A stretch of 64,000 nucleotides of DNA from Squalus acanthias (Eukaryota). Shown one piece after another: positions 25,866 through 37,510 of this stretch (positions are counted from its first letter, which is position 1; each line of letters begins with the position of its first letter). Below the pieces are notes generated by a model that saw only the letters and a list, made by a program, of their open reading frames with translations, was not told where the DNA came from and searched no databases. The position numbers and the translations under genes are program-made. The DNA lies in contig CM059425.1 of NCBI GenBank assembly GCA_030390025.1, positions 173,726,001 through 173,790,000 of the forward strand, given 5' to 3'.

Positions 25866-26974
25866 TGCCATTGCTTGCAATCCTTTTGTCTGGTCACATA
25901 TGCTAGACTTTAGGGAAAGATGTTCTTAAATGGAACTACTGCTCTTTTTTGTTCCTAGTGCACAAAAGATAGAAAGTAGATCCTGCAATGTGGGTGTCCG
26001 TACCTGATTCTATTTGTCTGGATTTTAGTAAGCCATTCAGATATTTGTTTCCTTACAGAGTACATTCCCATTTTCCCAACAGGTAAATTGGCAGTTATGT
26101 GTATAATACTATGTACTCCTGTTCCAAAGACGACCCACGATTTAGCAAATAGTGACTCGTCACAACAGCACTCTGTGTACCCATGAATCACAAGACAACG
26201 TGGTATGACACAGATTTATACCAATGATTTTCCACGTAGCAAGTTCTTGATCTCAACTGGGCTGTCAGTGGAGGCATTGAACAAGGACTAAACTCTTCCC
26301 CACGTGGTGGGGTGGAAAATCAAAAGGCGAGTCATTCCAGCTTTAACATTGTCTCTAATAGTTCCTTGCAGGGTGATGTGGGCTTGCAAACATGCCTGTC
26401 TTCTCAGTACTGAATAACGGGAAGCTGCTGAAAGAGGTGATAAATAACTAAATGGTGGATACAATGGATATATTAATGACAAACTTGCAGCATTTCATTG
26501 TGTTAAAATCTTTCTCTACTAACATTAGGTATGTGTGGAAACAAACTCAATATCATCTGTTATCGGTTTAACTTTATAACTTGCAAGCAATACAACACAT
26601 CACTACAGGAACTTTAATTTCACAAATTGCTAATGCTGTGGAGACTTTATTTTCATGTTGTCATATATGAAATAATCGAAGTAACAGATTCTAAGATTCA
26701 TCAGATTCATAAAGGAATAGATTTCATGAAACATTTACAATATTGGCAAGAAACAGGAAGAAAATATCTCACTCAATACTGTCCTTTTTCTGATCTTTTA
26801 CTTGGATAAATGGAGACCTTTTACAATAATTGAATCTGCTTTTTGTATTTACTATCACTGTACTAAATATCATGTTAATTGATATTGTAAACAGTTCTCT
26901 CTTCTCTGGTACTATCCCGCTCCCTTTCAAATCTGCTGTCATCACTCTCCTCCTCAAAAAACCCACCCTTGACC

Positions 26975-27806
26975 TGTAGGAGCAAAAAGGTAAAAAGTGA
27001 TTTTACACTTTAATTTGGGGAATTGCCTTTTTATCTCCACATGAATTAATTTTATTTTTAACTTAATGGGCTCTATTTCCTAAAGAAACTTCAGGCACAA
27101 ACCATGGCTTTATAAAGAAAGAATTTATTATTAATACACTACAAAATTAACATTAACATTTAAACAACATCTTGGATTTATGCAAGAATTAGAATTGACT
27201 TAAAAATACCTTCTAAATTCCCAAAAGTTTAACTTTTGGGAAATCAAATGTCTATCTTAGACTAACCCCATAACGAAAATTATATACTCACGGTTGGTTC
27301 AAGGTTTTTGGGAAGATTCCAAGTATTTTGATGGATATGGCTTTCCCTTGTAGCCAGGTTATCTGTTTCACAGGCAATCTGTAAGCCTGCATTGGCACGA
27401 AGCTGTGAGGTAGTGTGCAGTCAGGAAGATACCAGGTGAGATGGTGCCACCAGGAAGCAAAAGGCAAGATTGGAGCAGTTACGGTGGAGCTGTGTCTCTT
27501 TCCACTCTGAATTCTGCCTAACTTATAAAAGACCTTTTTAACAGAACCACACCTCTGGGGTGGCGGCTTGTGAACAATAAGTTCCTAAAAATACAACCCA
27601 CGATTGACACTTCACTTGTTTTCTCTCAGTGTCTATAACGTATTGTATACTGGTGTTCAAAATGACTTCCAGCTGGCTTGGACTTGTTCTTGCTGCTATG
27701 GTGATTCATTCTCTGCTGTTTGATCTTTTACAATGCTCCTTTTCCCTCAGGCATATAGAGCTGCTTTAGTATCAGGCTTTCGTTTATCAGATGAATTTTT
27801 ACTACA
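26975..27806. mobile_element. Solo LTR (832 bp) of an LTR retrotransposon or ERV
   Basis: TGTAG...CTACA termini with a perfect 4-bp TSD gacc (26971-26974, 27807-27810) interrupting the L2 sequence cttgacccctctg; minus-strand AATAAA near 27124. Confidence 0.85.
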
Positions 27807-27879
27807 GACCCCTCTGTCCTTGCAAACTACCCCCCATCACCATCCTCCCTTTGCTCTCCAAAGTCCTTGAATGTGTGGT

Positions 27880-28462
27880 TGCATGCCTTTGTTACCTCTA
27901 GACTTGACTATTCCAATGCTCTCCTGGCTGGCCTCCCACGTTCTACTCTACGTAAACTTGAGGTCATCCAAAACTCGGCTGCCCATGTCTTAACTCGCAC
28001 CACGTCACCTTCACCCATCATCCCTGTGCTCGCTGACCTACATTGGCTCCTAGTTAAGCAACACCTCGATTTAAAAATTCTCATCCTTGTTTTCAAATCC
28101 CTCCAAGACCTCGCCCCTCCCTATGTCTGTAATCTCCTCCAGCCCCACAACCCCCTGAGATATCTGCGCTCCTCTAATTCTGGCCTCATCCCTGATTTTA
28201 ATCGCTCAACATTGGTGGCCGTGCCTTCAGCTGCCTAGGCCCTAAGCTCTGGAATTCCCTCCATAAACCTCTCTGCCTCTCCATCTCTCTTTCCTCCTTT
28301 AAGACGCTCCTTAAAACCTACCTCTTTGACCAAGCTTTTGGACATCTGCCCTAATTTCTCCTTATGTGGCTCGGTGTCAAATTTTGTTTTATAACACTCC
28401 TGTGAAGTGCCTTGGGATGTTTTACTACGTTAAAGGCACTATATAAATACAAGTTGTTGTTG
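27880..28462 (+). mobile_element. L2 3' fragment nested in another L2
   Basis: HAFVTSRLDYSNALLAGLP...; (gtt)n tail; host L2 resumes at gttgcctcccaaatc. Confidence 0.88.
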
Positions 28463-29009
28463 CTGTTGCCTCCCAAATCTGTGCCCATCTTTCCCACAAC
28501 TCCATATTTGAACCTCTCCAATCAGGTTTCTGCCCCTGCCACAGCATTGAAACAGCCCTAATCAAAGTCATCAATGACATCCAATCTAACTGTGATGCAT
28601 AATTCCTCGTCATCCTTCTCGACCTGTCTATAGCCTTTGACCTGGTTGACCACACCATCCTCCTCCAACACCTCTCCTCTGTTGTCCAGCTGAGTGGGAC
28701 CGCCCTTGCCTGGTTCTATTCTTATTTATCCAGTCATAGCCAGAGAATCTCCGGCAATAGCTGTCCTTCCTGCTCCTGCACTGTTACCACTGGAGTCCTC
28801 CAAGCTCTATCCTTGGCACCTTCCTATTTATCATTTACATGCTGCTCCTTGGTGACATTATCTGAAAACACAATATCTGGTTCCACATGTATGCTGATGA
28901 CACTCAGCTTTACCTCACCACCTTCTCTCGCGACCCCTCCACTGCCTCTGTGTTGTCAGGCTGCTTGTCCGACATCTAGTACTAGATGAGCAGAAATTTC
29001 CTCCAATTA

Positions 29010-31627
29010 GGTAATATGGGCTGAAGTTAGAAATAGGAAAGGAGCGGTCACGTTGCTAGGAGTTTTCTACAGGCCCCCAAATAGTAATAGAGATGTGGAG
29101 GAAGAAATTGCAAAGCAGATTATGAATAGGTGTGGAGGTCACAGAGTAGTTGTCATGGGTGACTTCAACTTTCCAAATATTGATTGTAACCTTTATAGGT
29201 CAAACAGTTCGGATGGGATAGTTTTTGCACAGTGTGTGTAGGAGGGTTTCCTGACACAATATATGGATAGGCCGACAAGAGCGGGGGCCACGTTGGATTT
29301 GGTACTGGGTAATGAACCGGGCCAAGTGTTTGATTTGTATGTGGGAGAGCACTTTGGAGATAGTGACCACAATTCGGTAACTTTCACTATTGCAATGGAG
29401 AGGGATAGGGCCATACGGCAGGGCAGGGTTTATAATTGGGGGAGGGGTAATTATGATGCGATTAGGCAAGAATTAGGGAGTATAAGATGGGAACAGAAAC
29501 TATCAGGGAAAGGCACAAACGAAAAGTGGAGCTTTTTCATGGAGCAATTACTGCGTGTCCTTGATAGGTATGTCCCTGTCAGGCAGGGAGGAAATGGCCG
29601 AGTGAGAGAACCATGGTTCACAAAAGAGGTTGAATGTCTAGTCAAGAGGAAAAAGGAAGCGTATGTAAGGATGAGAAAACAAGGTTCAGTTGGGTCGATT
29701 GAGGGGTACAAGGTAGCAAGGAATGAGCTAAAAAAAGAGCTTAGGAGAGCTAGGAGGGGGCATGAGAAGTCCTTGGCGGGTCGGATCAAGAAAAACCCCA
29801 AGGCCTTTTACTCTTATGTGAGAAATAAAAGAATGACCAGGGTGAGGGTAGGGCCGGTCAAGGACAGTAGTGGGAACTTGTGCATGGAGTCAGAAGAAAT
29901 AGGAGAGGTGATGAATGAATACTTTTCGTCAGTGTTCACCGAGGAGAGGGGCCATGTTCTTGAGGATGAGAGTGTGATAAAGGTGGATAGGCTGGAGGTG
30001 GTAGATGTTCTGAGGGAAGATGTTTTAGCAATTTTGAAGAACCTGAGGGTCGATAAGTCCCCTGGGCCAGATGGGATATATCCTAGGATTCTTTGGGAGG
30101 CAAGGGAGGAGATTGCAGAGCCTCTGGCTTTGATCTTTGGGTCCTCACTGTCCACGGGAATGGTGCCAGAGGACTGGAGAGTGGCGAATGTTGTTCCTCT
30201 CTTCAAGAAAGGAAATAGGAATGACCCTGGTAATTATAGGCCGGTTAGTCTTACTTCGGTGGTTGGTAAGATAATGGAAAAGGTCCTGAGGGATAGGATT
30301 TATGACCATTTGGAAAGGGGCAACTTAATCAGGGATAGTCAACACGGATTCGTGAAGGGTAAGTCTTGCCTAACAAATTTGATTGAATTCTTTGAGGAGG
30401 TAACTAAGTGTGTAGATGAAGGTAGAGCAGTTGATATCGTATACATGGATTTTAGTAAGGCGTTTGATAAGGTTCCCCATGGTCGGCTCATGAAGAAAGT
30501 AAGGAGTTGTGGGATAGAGGGAAATTTGGCCGATTGGATAAGTAACTGGCTATCTCCGCTCAATTTTATCTCATAGAAGGCAGAGGGTGGTGGTGGATGG
30601 AACATTTTCGGACTGGAGACCAGTTACCAGCGGTGTGCCACAGGGGTCGGTGCTGGGTCCTCTGCTGTTTGTGATTTTTATCAATGACTTGGAGGAGGGG
30701 ACTGAAGGGTGGATCAGTAAATTTGCTGATGACACCAAGATTGGTGGAGTAGTGGATGAGGTGGAGGGCTGTTGTCGGCTGCAAAGAGACATTGATAGGA
30801 TGCAGAGCTGGGCCGAAAAATGGCAGATGGAATTTAACCCTGATAAGTGCGAGGTGATTCATTTTGGTAGGGCAAATTTGAATAAGGATTACAGGGTCAA
30901 CGGCAGGGTTCTGAGGAACGTGGAGGAGCAGAGGGATCTGGGGGTTCATATCCACAGATCTCTGAAGGTTGCCACTCAAGTGGATAGAGCAGTAAAGAAG
31001 GCCTATGGTGTGTTGGCATTTATTAACAGAGGGTTTGAGTTTAAGAACCGTGAGGTTATGCTGCAACTGTACAGGACCTTGGTGAGACCACATTTGGAAT
31101 ATTGTGTGCAGTTCTGGTCACCTCACTATAGGAAGGACGTGGAAGCATTGGAAAGAGTGCAAAGGAGATTTACCAGGATGCTGCCTGGTTTGGGGGGGAG
31201 GTCTTATGAGGAAAGATTGAGGGAGTTGGGGCTTTTCTCTTTAGAGCGGAGGAGGATGAGAGGCGACTTAATAGAGGTTTATAAGATGATGAGGGGGATA
31301 GATAGAGTGGATGTTCAGAGACTATTTCCTCGGGTAGAGGCAGCTGTTACAAGGGGGCATAACTATAAGGTGCATAGGGGGAGATATAGAAGGGATGTCC
31401 GAGGTAGATTCTCTACTCAGAGAGTGGTTGGGGTGTGGAATGGACTGCCTGCTGTGATAGTGGAGTCGGACACTTTAGGAACTTTCAAGCGGTTATTGGA
31501 TAAGCACATGGAGCACACCAGAGTGATAGGGAGTGTGATAGCTTGATCTTGGTCTCGGACAATGCTCGGCACAACATCGAGGGCTGAAGGGCCTGTACTG
31601 TGCTGTACTGTTCTATGTACTATGTAC
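29010..31627 (+). mobile_element. Young CR1 (HER1-like) LINE, endonuclease C-terminus through RT and 3' UTR
   Basis: FYRPPNS...VVMGDFNFPNID, 437-aa and 319-aa ORFs with YRPVSLTS, KAFDKVPH and FADDTK; one stop (29239) and one frameshift (~30557); (tgtact) tail. Confidence 0.95.
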
Positions 31628-32494
31628 TAAACATTCGGAAGACCAAAGCCATTGTCTTTGGCCCCCACCATAAAATTCTATTCCTTAGCCAACTATTCCC
31701 TGGCCACTGTCTCAGGCTGAACCTGACTGTTCACAACCTCTGTGTTCTATTTGATCCTGAGCTGCACTCTGATCCCATATCCTCTCCATCACTAAGTCCA
31801 CCTACTTCCACCTCTGCCATAACACCCGTCTCTGCCATTACCTCCGTCCATCTGCTGCTGAAACCCTCATCCGTGCTTTGTTACCTCCAGACTCGATTAT
31901 CTTCCACCCTCCATAAATTTGAGCCCATCCAAAACTCGTATCATAACTCGCACCAAGTCCCGTTCACCCATCAGCCCTGTGCTCGCTGACCTACATTGGC
32001 TCTCGGTTCACCAATGCCTCAAATTTAAATTCTCATCCTTGCGTTCAAATCCCTCTATGGCCTCGCCCCTCCCTATCTCTGTAACCTCCTCCAGCCCTAC
32101 AAACTTCCGAGATCTCTGTGTTTCTCCAATTGTGTTCTATTGTGCATCCCGACTTTCTTTGCCACACCATTGGCAGCAGTGCCTTCAGTTGTCTAGGCCC
32201 TAAGCTCTGGAATTACATCCCTAAACTTCTCCACCTCTCTCTCCTCCTTTAAGACACTCCTTAAAAGTTACCTCTTTGACCAATCATCTGTCGAATGTGT
32301 CTTTCTTTGGTTCGTGCCAATTTTTTTTGTCTGATTACATCCCTATGAAGTACCTTGGGACATTTTACTATGTTAATATAAATGCAAGAAGTTGTTGTTA
32401 GATATGTATTTGTTGAATGAATGCACGTATTTGATATATATTTGGAAAGTTGATCTTTTTATGGTAAACAGATCAAATTGAACTGTTTAATCCG

Positions 32495-32952
32495 GTATTT
32501 TGGTACCAGGGATAAAGGACTTCACTTACCCGGATAGACTACATAACCTGGATTGTTCTCTTTATAGCAGAGAAGGTTAAGGGGCGATTTAATAGAGGTG
32601 TTCAAAATTATGAGGGGTTTTGATAGAGTAGATAGGGAAAAACTGTTTCCACTGGCAGGAGGGTCAGTAATCAAAGGACACAGGTTTAAGGTAATTGGCA
32701 AAATAACCAGAGGGGAGATGAGGAGAAATACACTGAATTGTTATGATCTGGAATGCACTGCCTGAAAGGATGGTGGAAGCAGATTCAATAGAAACTTTCA
32801 AAAGGGAATTGCTACTTGATGGGAAGAAATTTGCAGGGCTATGGGGAAAGGGCAGGGGAGTGGGATTAATTGGATAGCTATTTGAAAGAGCCGGCACAGG
32901 AACGATGAGCCGAATAGCCTCATTTCTTCTGTGCTGTACGTTTCTATGATTC
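32495..32952 (+). mobile_element. CR1 3' fragment
   Basis: RRLRGDLIEVFKIM region and tctgtgctgtacgtttctatgatt tail. Confidence 0.85.
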
Positions 32953-32983
32953 CATAATTCCAAACTGCACCGAGATTGTAACC

Positions 32984-33164
32984 AAAACCTCCCTCGCTTC
33001 TTGCTGCGACCCGCTGTTTGGTTTTTACGCAGGGTACCTACACTGCTAACTGATGTCTTCAAAGCGGTTTTCCCATTGAAAGGCAATGCAGTATGGTTTT
33101 TTATATATGCTGTATGCATTTGGATTAAATATGATGACAATTAACCAATAAAGCAACAATTTAG
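32984..33164 (+). repeat. Left arm of a diverged inverted repeat (partner: 34574-34605 plus 36701-36826)
   Basis: aaaacctccctcgcttcttgctgc...actgatgtcttcaaa...cccattgaaagg...gcagtat matches the reverse complement of 36701-36826; gatgacaattaaccaataaagcaacaatttag matches the reverse complement of 34574-34605 at 29/32. Confidence 0.9.
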
Positions 33165-34200
33165 CGCGAGAGCGCACGAATGTGAAGCGCCTACGTGCTG
33201 GTAACAAAGTGTGTGACCGTGCGCTGGTTGGCGGGCTCCCTCCGGCCCGGGCCGGTCGGCGCTCGTCGCTCAACGAAGCTCGCGCCCCAGACCATCGGCG
33301 ACCGTTACCGGCACGTGCGCTGGAACGTCCGCCCACCACATTCCAGTTTGAAACGACCTGCCCGCTTTTACTGCCCGGTAGAAAAATACCGCGGTCCGCC
33401 CGGCTCACTCGTGAGAGGACCAAGCTATTTAACCACGTACCCACGACCTCTCCAAACTGTCAGAAGAAATGCAGGAGTGAGATGCACAAACAACACTGAC
33501 TGAAGTCATATACAGCAGGCACGGTAAAATTTGATGGCGCGCGCGAGGGAAAAAAAAATGAATTACGTAAATGAAATGAAAGAAAAATCAAGTGGCAGGT
33601 CGAAAGAAGGAGCATGCCGCGGTGGATGCCATAATCTGCAAGGTCGGACGCTAGGACCCTGCGGAAGGCCAGTGCTGCGCGTGTTCTCCGTGTATTACGG
33701 TACGGCGGTTATTGGAGTGACAGGCGGTCGTATGCTAAGTAACCAAGTGAGGTCGCGCACACACATAGCTCCAGTCCTAACAAGTTTGTGCATCCCTTTC
33801 TTAGCGCTTTTTTTTCTCTTCTCAAGCTTGCGATACTTTTTAATCGGAAGATTTTGATTTACTTTTTCCACTCAAAGCAAGGAACTTCAGGAACAGGAAA
33901 AGAGCTGCACATTGCGATCCATTCCGCGCCCCCTCTCTATATTAACAATATTATTGTTCACTGGAGGTTGCTGTCGATCATTGACGCGGGGCTGAGTGGT
34001 TGGGCATCGTGTTGGCAGCTTCTCGGCTCCACCGTTGAGTAAGGCAGTGTGTTACGGCCGGCGGCCAGGATGTTGGAAGTCACCGTGCCCGTTGCCAGAG
34101 CGGCGTCGGAGTGTGATTACTGGATCGACGGCTCCAACAAAGAGAGCGCCCTGGAAGATTACTATGAGGTCGAATCGGAACTCGGACGGTACGTCTGCAG
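33160..34200 (+). promoter_or_regulatory. CpG island / CAMK4 promoter and 5' UTR
   Basis: Dense CpG in non-repeat sequence immediately upstream of and across the CAMK4 ATG; CCAAT ~33144, E-box CACGTG 33312-33317, GC-box ~33329, TTACGTAA 33563-33570. Confidence 0.8.
34070..34188 (+). CDS. CAMK4: First coding exon of calcium/calmodulin-dependent protein kinase IV
   Basis: MLEVTVPVARAASECDYWIDGSNKESALEDYYEVESELG(R), then a phase-2 donor cg|gtacgt. Matches the CaMKIV N-terminus (MLKVTVP...DYWIDGSN...EVESELGR). Exon 2 was not found in the window. Confidence 0.96.
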
Positions 34201-34616
34201 CTAATTCCACTTTCTGTCAGCACATGTCAATCTGATCAATCGCTCAAAGCAACATTTGCCAACCCCGGGTGTTTGTAGGGCTGGCACAAGGCAACGTTAG
34301 CAGTGCTGGAAAAAATTGTCAACCTTCTGCTCTTTTTGTTAAACCTCCGAGCAGTTATATTCAAATAAAAACCCAAACGATTCTAATAGTGAGAAATACT
34401 GGTATTGGTTTATCTATTTGGTAGATAGTTTCTGTATCTATCTGAAAGGCAAAACGAATGAACAGGCGAGGGTTATACTTAAGTATTACAGATTAATATT
34501 TAAAGAGTGGTTTTGACATGAAAATGTTATCTGTTTGCCAATGGAGCACTCGAGACTTCGACGGTCTAAAGAACTGAATTGTTACTTTATTGGTTATTTG
34601 TCATCTTAAAGTCATA

Positions 34617-36686
34617 TCTTCTCTTAGGCAGTCCCTTAGAACCGAGGATGACTTGCTTCCACATTAAAAATGAGTTCTCAGGTGACTGATGAGTCCAATG
34701 CTGGACCTACAGTCTCTGTCACAGGTGGGGCAGACGGTGGTTGGGTTGACGTGTGCTCCTTGCGCTGCTTGCGCTTGGCTTCTGCTTGCTCCCGCCGAAG
34801 AGACTTGAGGTGTTCGGCACCTTCCCGGATGCTTCTCCACTTTGTGCGGTCTTGGGCCAGGGATTCCCAGGTGTCAGTGGGGATGTTGCACTTTTTCAAG
34901 GAGGCTTTGAGGGTGTCCTTGAAGCGTTTCCTCTGCCCACCTGGGGCTCTCTTGCCGTGTCGGAGCTCCGAGTAGAGCGCTTGTTTTGGGAGTCTCGTAT
35001 CGGGCATGCGGACGATGTGACCCGTCCATCGGAGCTGATCGAGCGTGGTCAAAGCTTCGATGCTGGGGATGTTGGTCTGAGCGAGAACACTGACGTTGGT
35101 GCGCCTATCCTGCCAGTGGATTTGCAGGATCTTGTGGAGGCAGCGTTGGTGGTACCTCTCCAGTGCTTTGAGGTGCTAGCTGTACATGGTCCATGTCTCT
35201 GAGGCATACAGCAGGGCGGGTATCACTGCTGCTCTGTAGATCATGAGCTTAGTGCTGGGTTTGAGGTCCTGGTCTTCAAACACTCTCTTCCTCAGGCGAC
35301 CGAAGGCTGCACTGGCACACTGAAGGCGGTGTTGGACTTCGTCATCGACGTCTGCCCTTGTTGACAGTAGGCTCCCGAGGTATGGAAAGTGGTCCACGTT
35401 GTCCAAGACCTTGTCGTGGATTTTGATAATCAGGGAGCAGTACTGTGTGGCGGGGGCAGGTTGGTAGAGGACCTTTGTCTTACGGATGTTTAGTGTAAGG
35501 CCCATGCTCTCGTATGCTTCGGTGAAGGTGTTGACGATGGTTTGGAGTCCGGCCTCCGAGTGAGCGCAGACGCAAGCGTCGTCTGCATACTGTAATTCGA
35601 CGACAGAGGATGGGACGACCTTGGATCTGGACTGGAGGCGACGGAGGTTGAACAGTTTCCCGTTTGTTCTGTAAATTAGCTCCACTCCAGTGGGGAGCTT
35701 ATTGAGGGTGAGATGGAGCATTGCAGCAAGGAAAATCGAGAAGAGCGTTGGTGCGATGACACAGCCTTGCTTGACCCCGGTCCGAAGGTGAACTGGGTCT
35801 GTGGTGGAACCGTAGGTCAGGATCACGGCTTGCATGTCGTCGTGAAGCAGGCGGAGGATGGTGACAAACCTTTGAGGGCAGCCGAATTTGAGGAGGACAC
35901 TCCATAATTCCTCACGGTTGAGTGTCGAAGGCCTTTGTGAGATCAAAGAAGGCCATGTACAGTGGTTGGTGCTCTTCCCTGCATTTCTCTTGTAATTGAC
36001 GCACGGTGAAGATCATGTCCATTGTGCCCCATAGTGGGCGGAATCCGCATTGCGACTCTGGGAGGAGCTCTTCGGCCACTGGGAGAAGGCGATTGAGGAG
36101 GATTCTTGCGATGACTTTCCCTGTGGCAGACAGCAGGGAAACTCCTCTGTAATTACCGCAATCGGACTTGTCACCTTTTTTGAAGATGGTCACACTTACG
36201 GCATCTCTGAGATCCCCGGCACGCTCTCCTTCTTCCAGATAAGAGAAATGAGTTCATGAATTCGTGCCAGTAGTGCTTCTCCGCCATGCTTTAGTGCCTT
36301 GGCAGAGATTCCATCTGCTCCTGAGGTCTTGTTGTTCTTCAGTTGTCGGATGGCCTTTTCAACCTCATGCCGGGCTGGGGTTGTGCTGAGATGGTGGCGG
36401 GTAGCATGCTGCGGGATGGAGTTGAGAACACTCGCGTCGAAGACAGAGTCTCGGTTAAGGAGATCTTCGAAGTGCTTCTTCCAGCGGGCACTGACTGCCT
36501 CTCTGTCTTTGATGAGTACCTCTCCGTTCTTGGCTCGCAGTGGGGTAGGACCTTGGGTGCTTGGGCCGTAGATGGTCTTGACTGCGCTAAAGAATCCACG
36601 CACGTCGTGGTTGTCTGCTAGCTGCTGGATCTCCTGTGCTTTCTCCATCCACCATCTGTTCCTTAGGTTTCGAGTTTTTGTTGGAT
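34617..36686 (-). mobile_element. RTE-clade (BovB-like) LINE, 5'-truncated
   Basis: NYRGVSLLS...LPESQCGFRP...FFDLTKAFD, GVKQGCVIAPTLF, LQYADD, RLPKQALYSEL; gactgcctaagagaag tail. Confidence 0.93.
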
Positions 36687-36700
36687 CGCAGTGGCGTCCA

Positions 36701-36826
36701 ATCCATATATAAATACTGCAATACCTTTCAATGGGATAACGGTTTTGAAAGACATCAGTTGGTAGTGTAGATTCCCGAATTAAAAACAACAAACATCGTT
36801 TTGCAGCAAGAAGCAAGGGAGGTTTT
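36701..36826 (-). repeat. Outer part of the right arm of the inverted repeat
   Basis: Reverse complement aligns to 32984-33105 at roughly 80% identity by eye. Confidence 0.9.
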
Positions 36827-37217
36827 AGTTTAGTGAGTCTCAGTATAATGACGTGAAAACCACTTGCAGGACTTCTTCGTTATTCTCTTGTAATAACATT
36901 GTTTTCTTATTTATAACTTTCATAGACTTAAGAATCCAACTTGAACCAGTTTACCATAATAAGATGAACTTTTCAAATCAGGATAGTGGTTTCATAAGAT
37001 AAGGTTAATTTCTCTTTAAAGTTGCTGGTCGTTATCCATGTCCCTCGTTATCTGTTGCAGAACATCATAGTAGGCTCATTTCTGTAAATGACGATCAACG
37101 GGGCGACTGGCAATTAGCTGTTTTTCTGTGTTTTGGCCTGTTTGGTTCTTGATTTAATCCCTTAATCTGATAGTTTTGGAATCAGGATGCTCAGATGCCC
37201 ATTGCTGGTCGTTAGAA

Positions 37218-37510
37218 ATGGCTCAGGTGGTAAAAGTGTAGTACAGAACCATGCAGAACCGAAGTTCAAGGTTTGATTCTCAGTTTTTGCAATTAGCTAG
37301 TTTTAGCTGATGCAGCATTTGGGGTGCTGTGAATGGCCTCAGGGTTAGGGAGAGTAAAAATCGGCGGGGTTTCCTACTCTTGATCATTTTCCAGAGACTC
37401 CTGATAGAAAGTGCACATGTGGATATAACCCTTCACAGTTGAATAGCCTGCTGAAACTCACTATCTCGGCTCAGATACGAAGAAAGATTGCAAGGTAATA
37501 AGAGGACTGA
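37218..37510 (+). mobile_element. Old tRNA-derived SINE
   Basis: A-box tggctcaggtgg and B-box-like ggtttgattc followed by a SINE-like body. Confidence 0.5.

Larger units (their letters stand above)
26870..32400 (+). mobile_element. L2 LINE interrupted three times (solo LTR, second L2, CR1)
   Basis: L2 sequence resumes at 27807, ~28463 and ~31628; tail atataaatgcaagaagttgttg at ~32376-32398. Confidence 0.85.

Noticed and set aside
33046..33857. Several 100-130 aa ORFs on both strands, suggesting a divergent gene
   Set aside because: Expected by-product of a GC-rich CpG island; no domain or downstream exons recognised.
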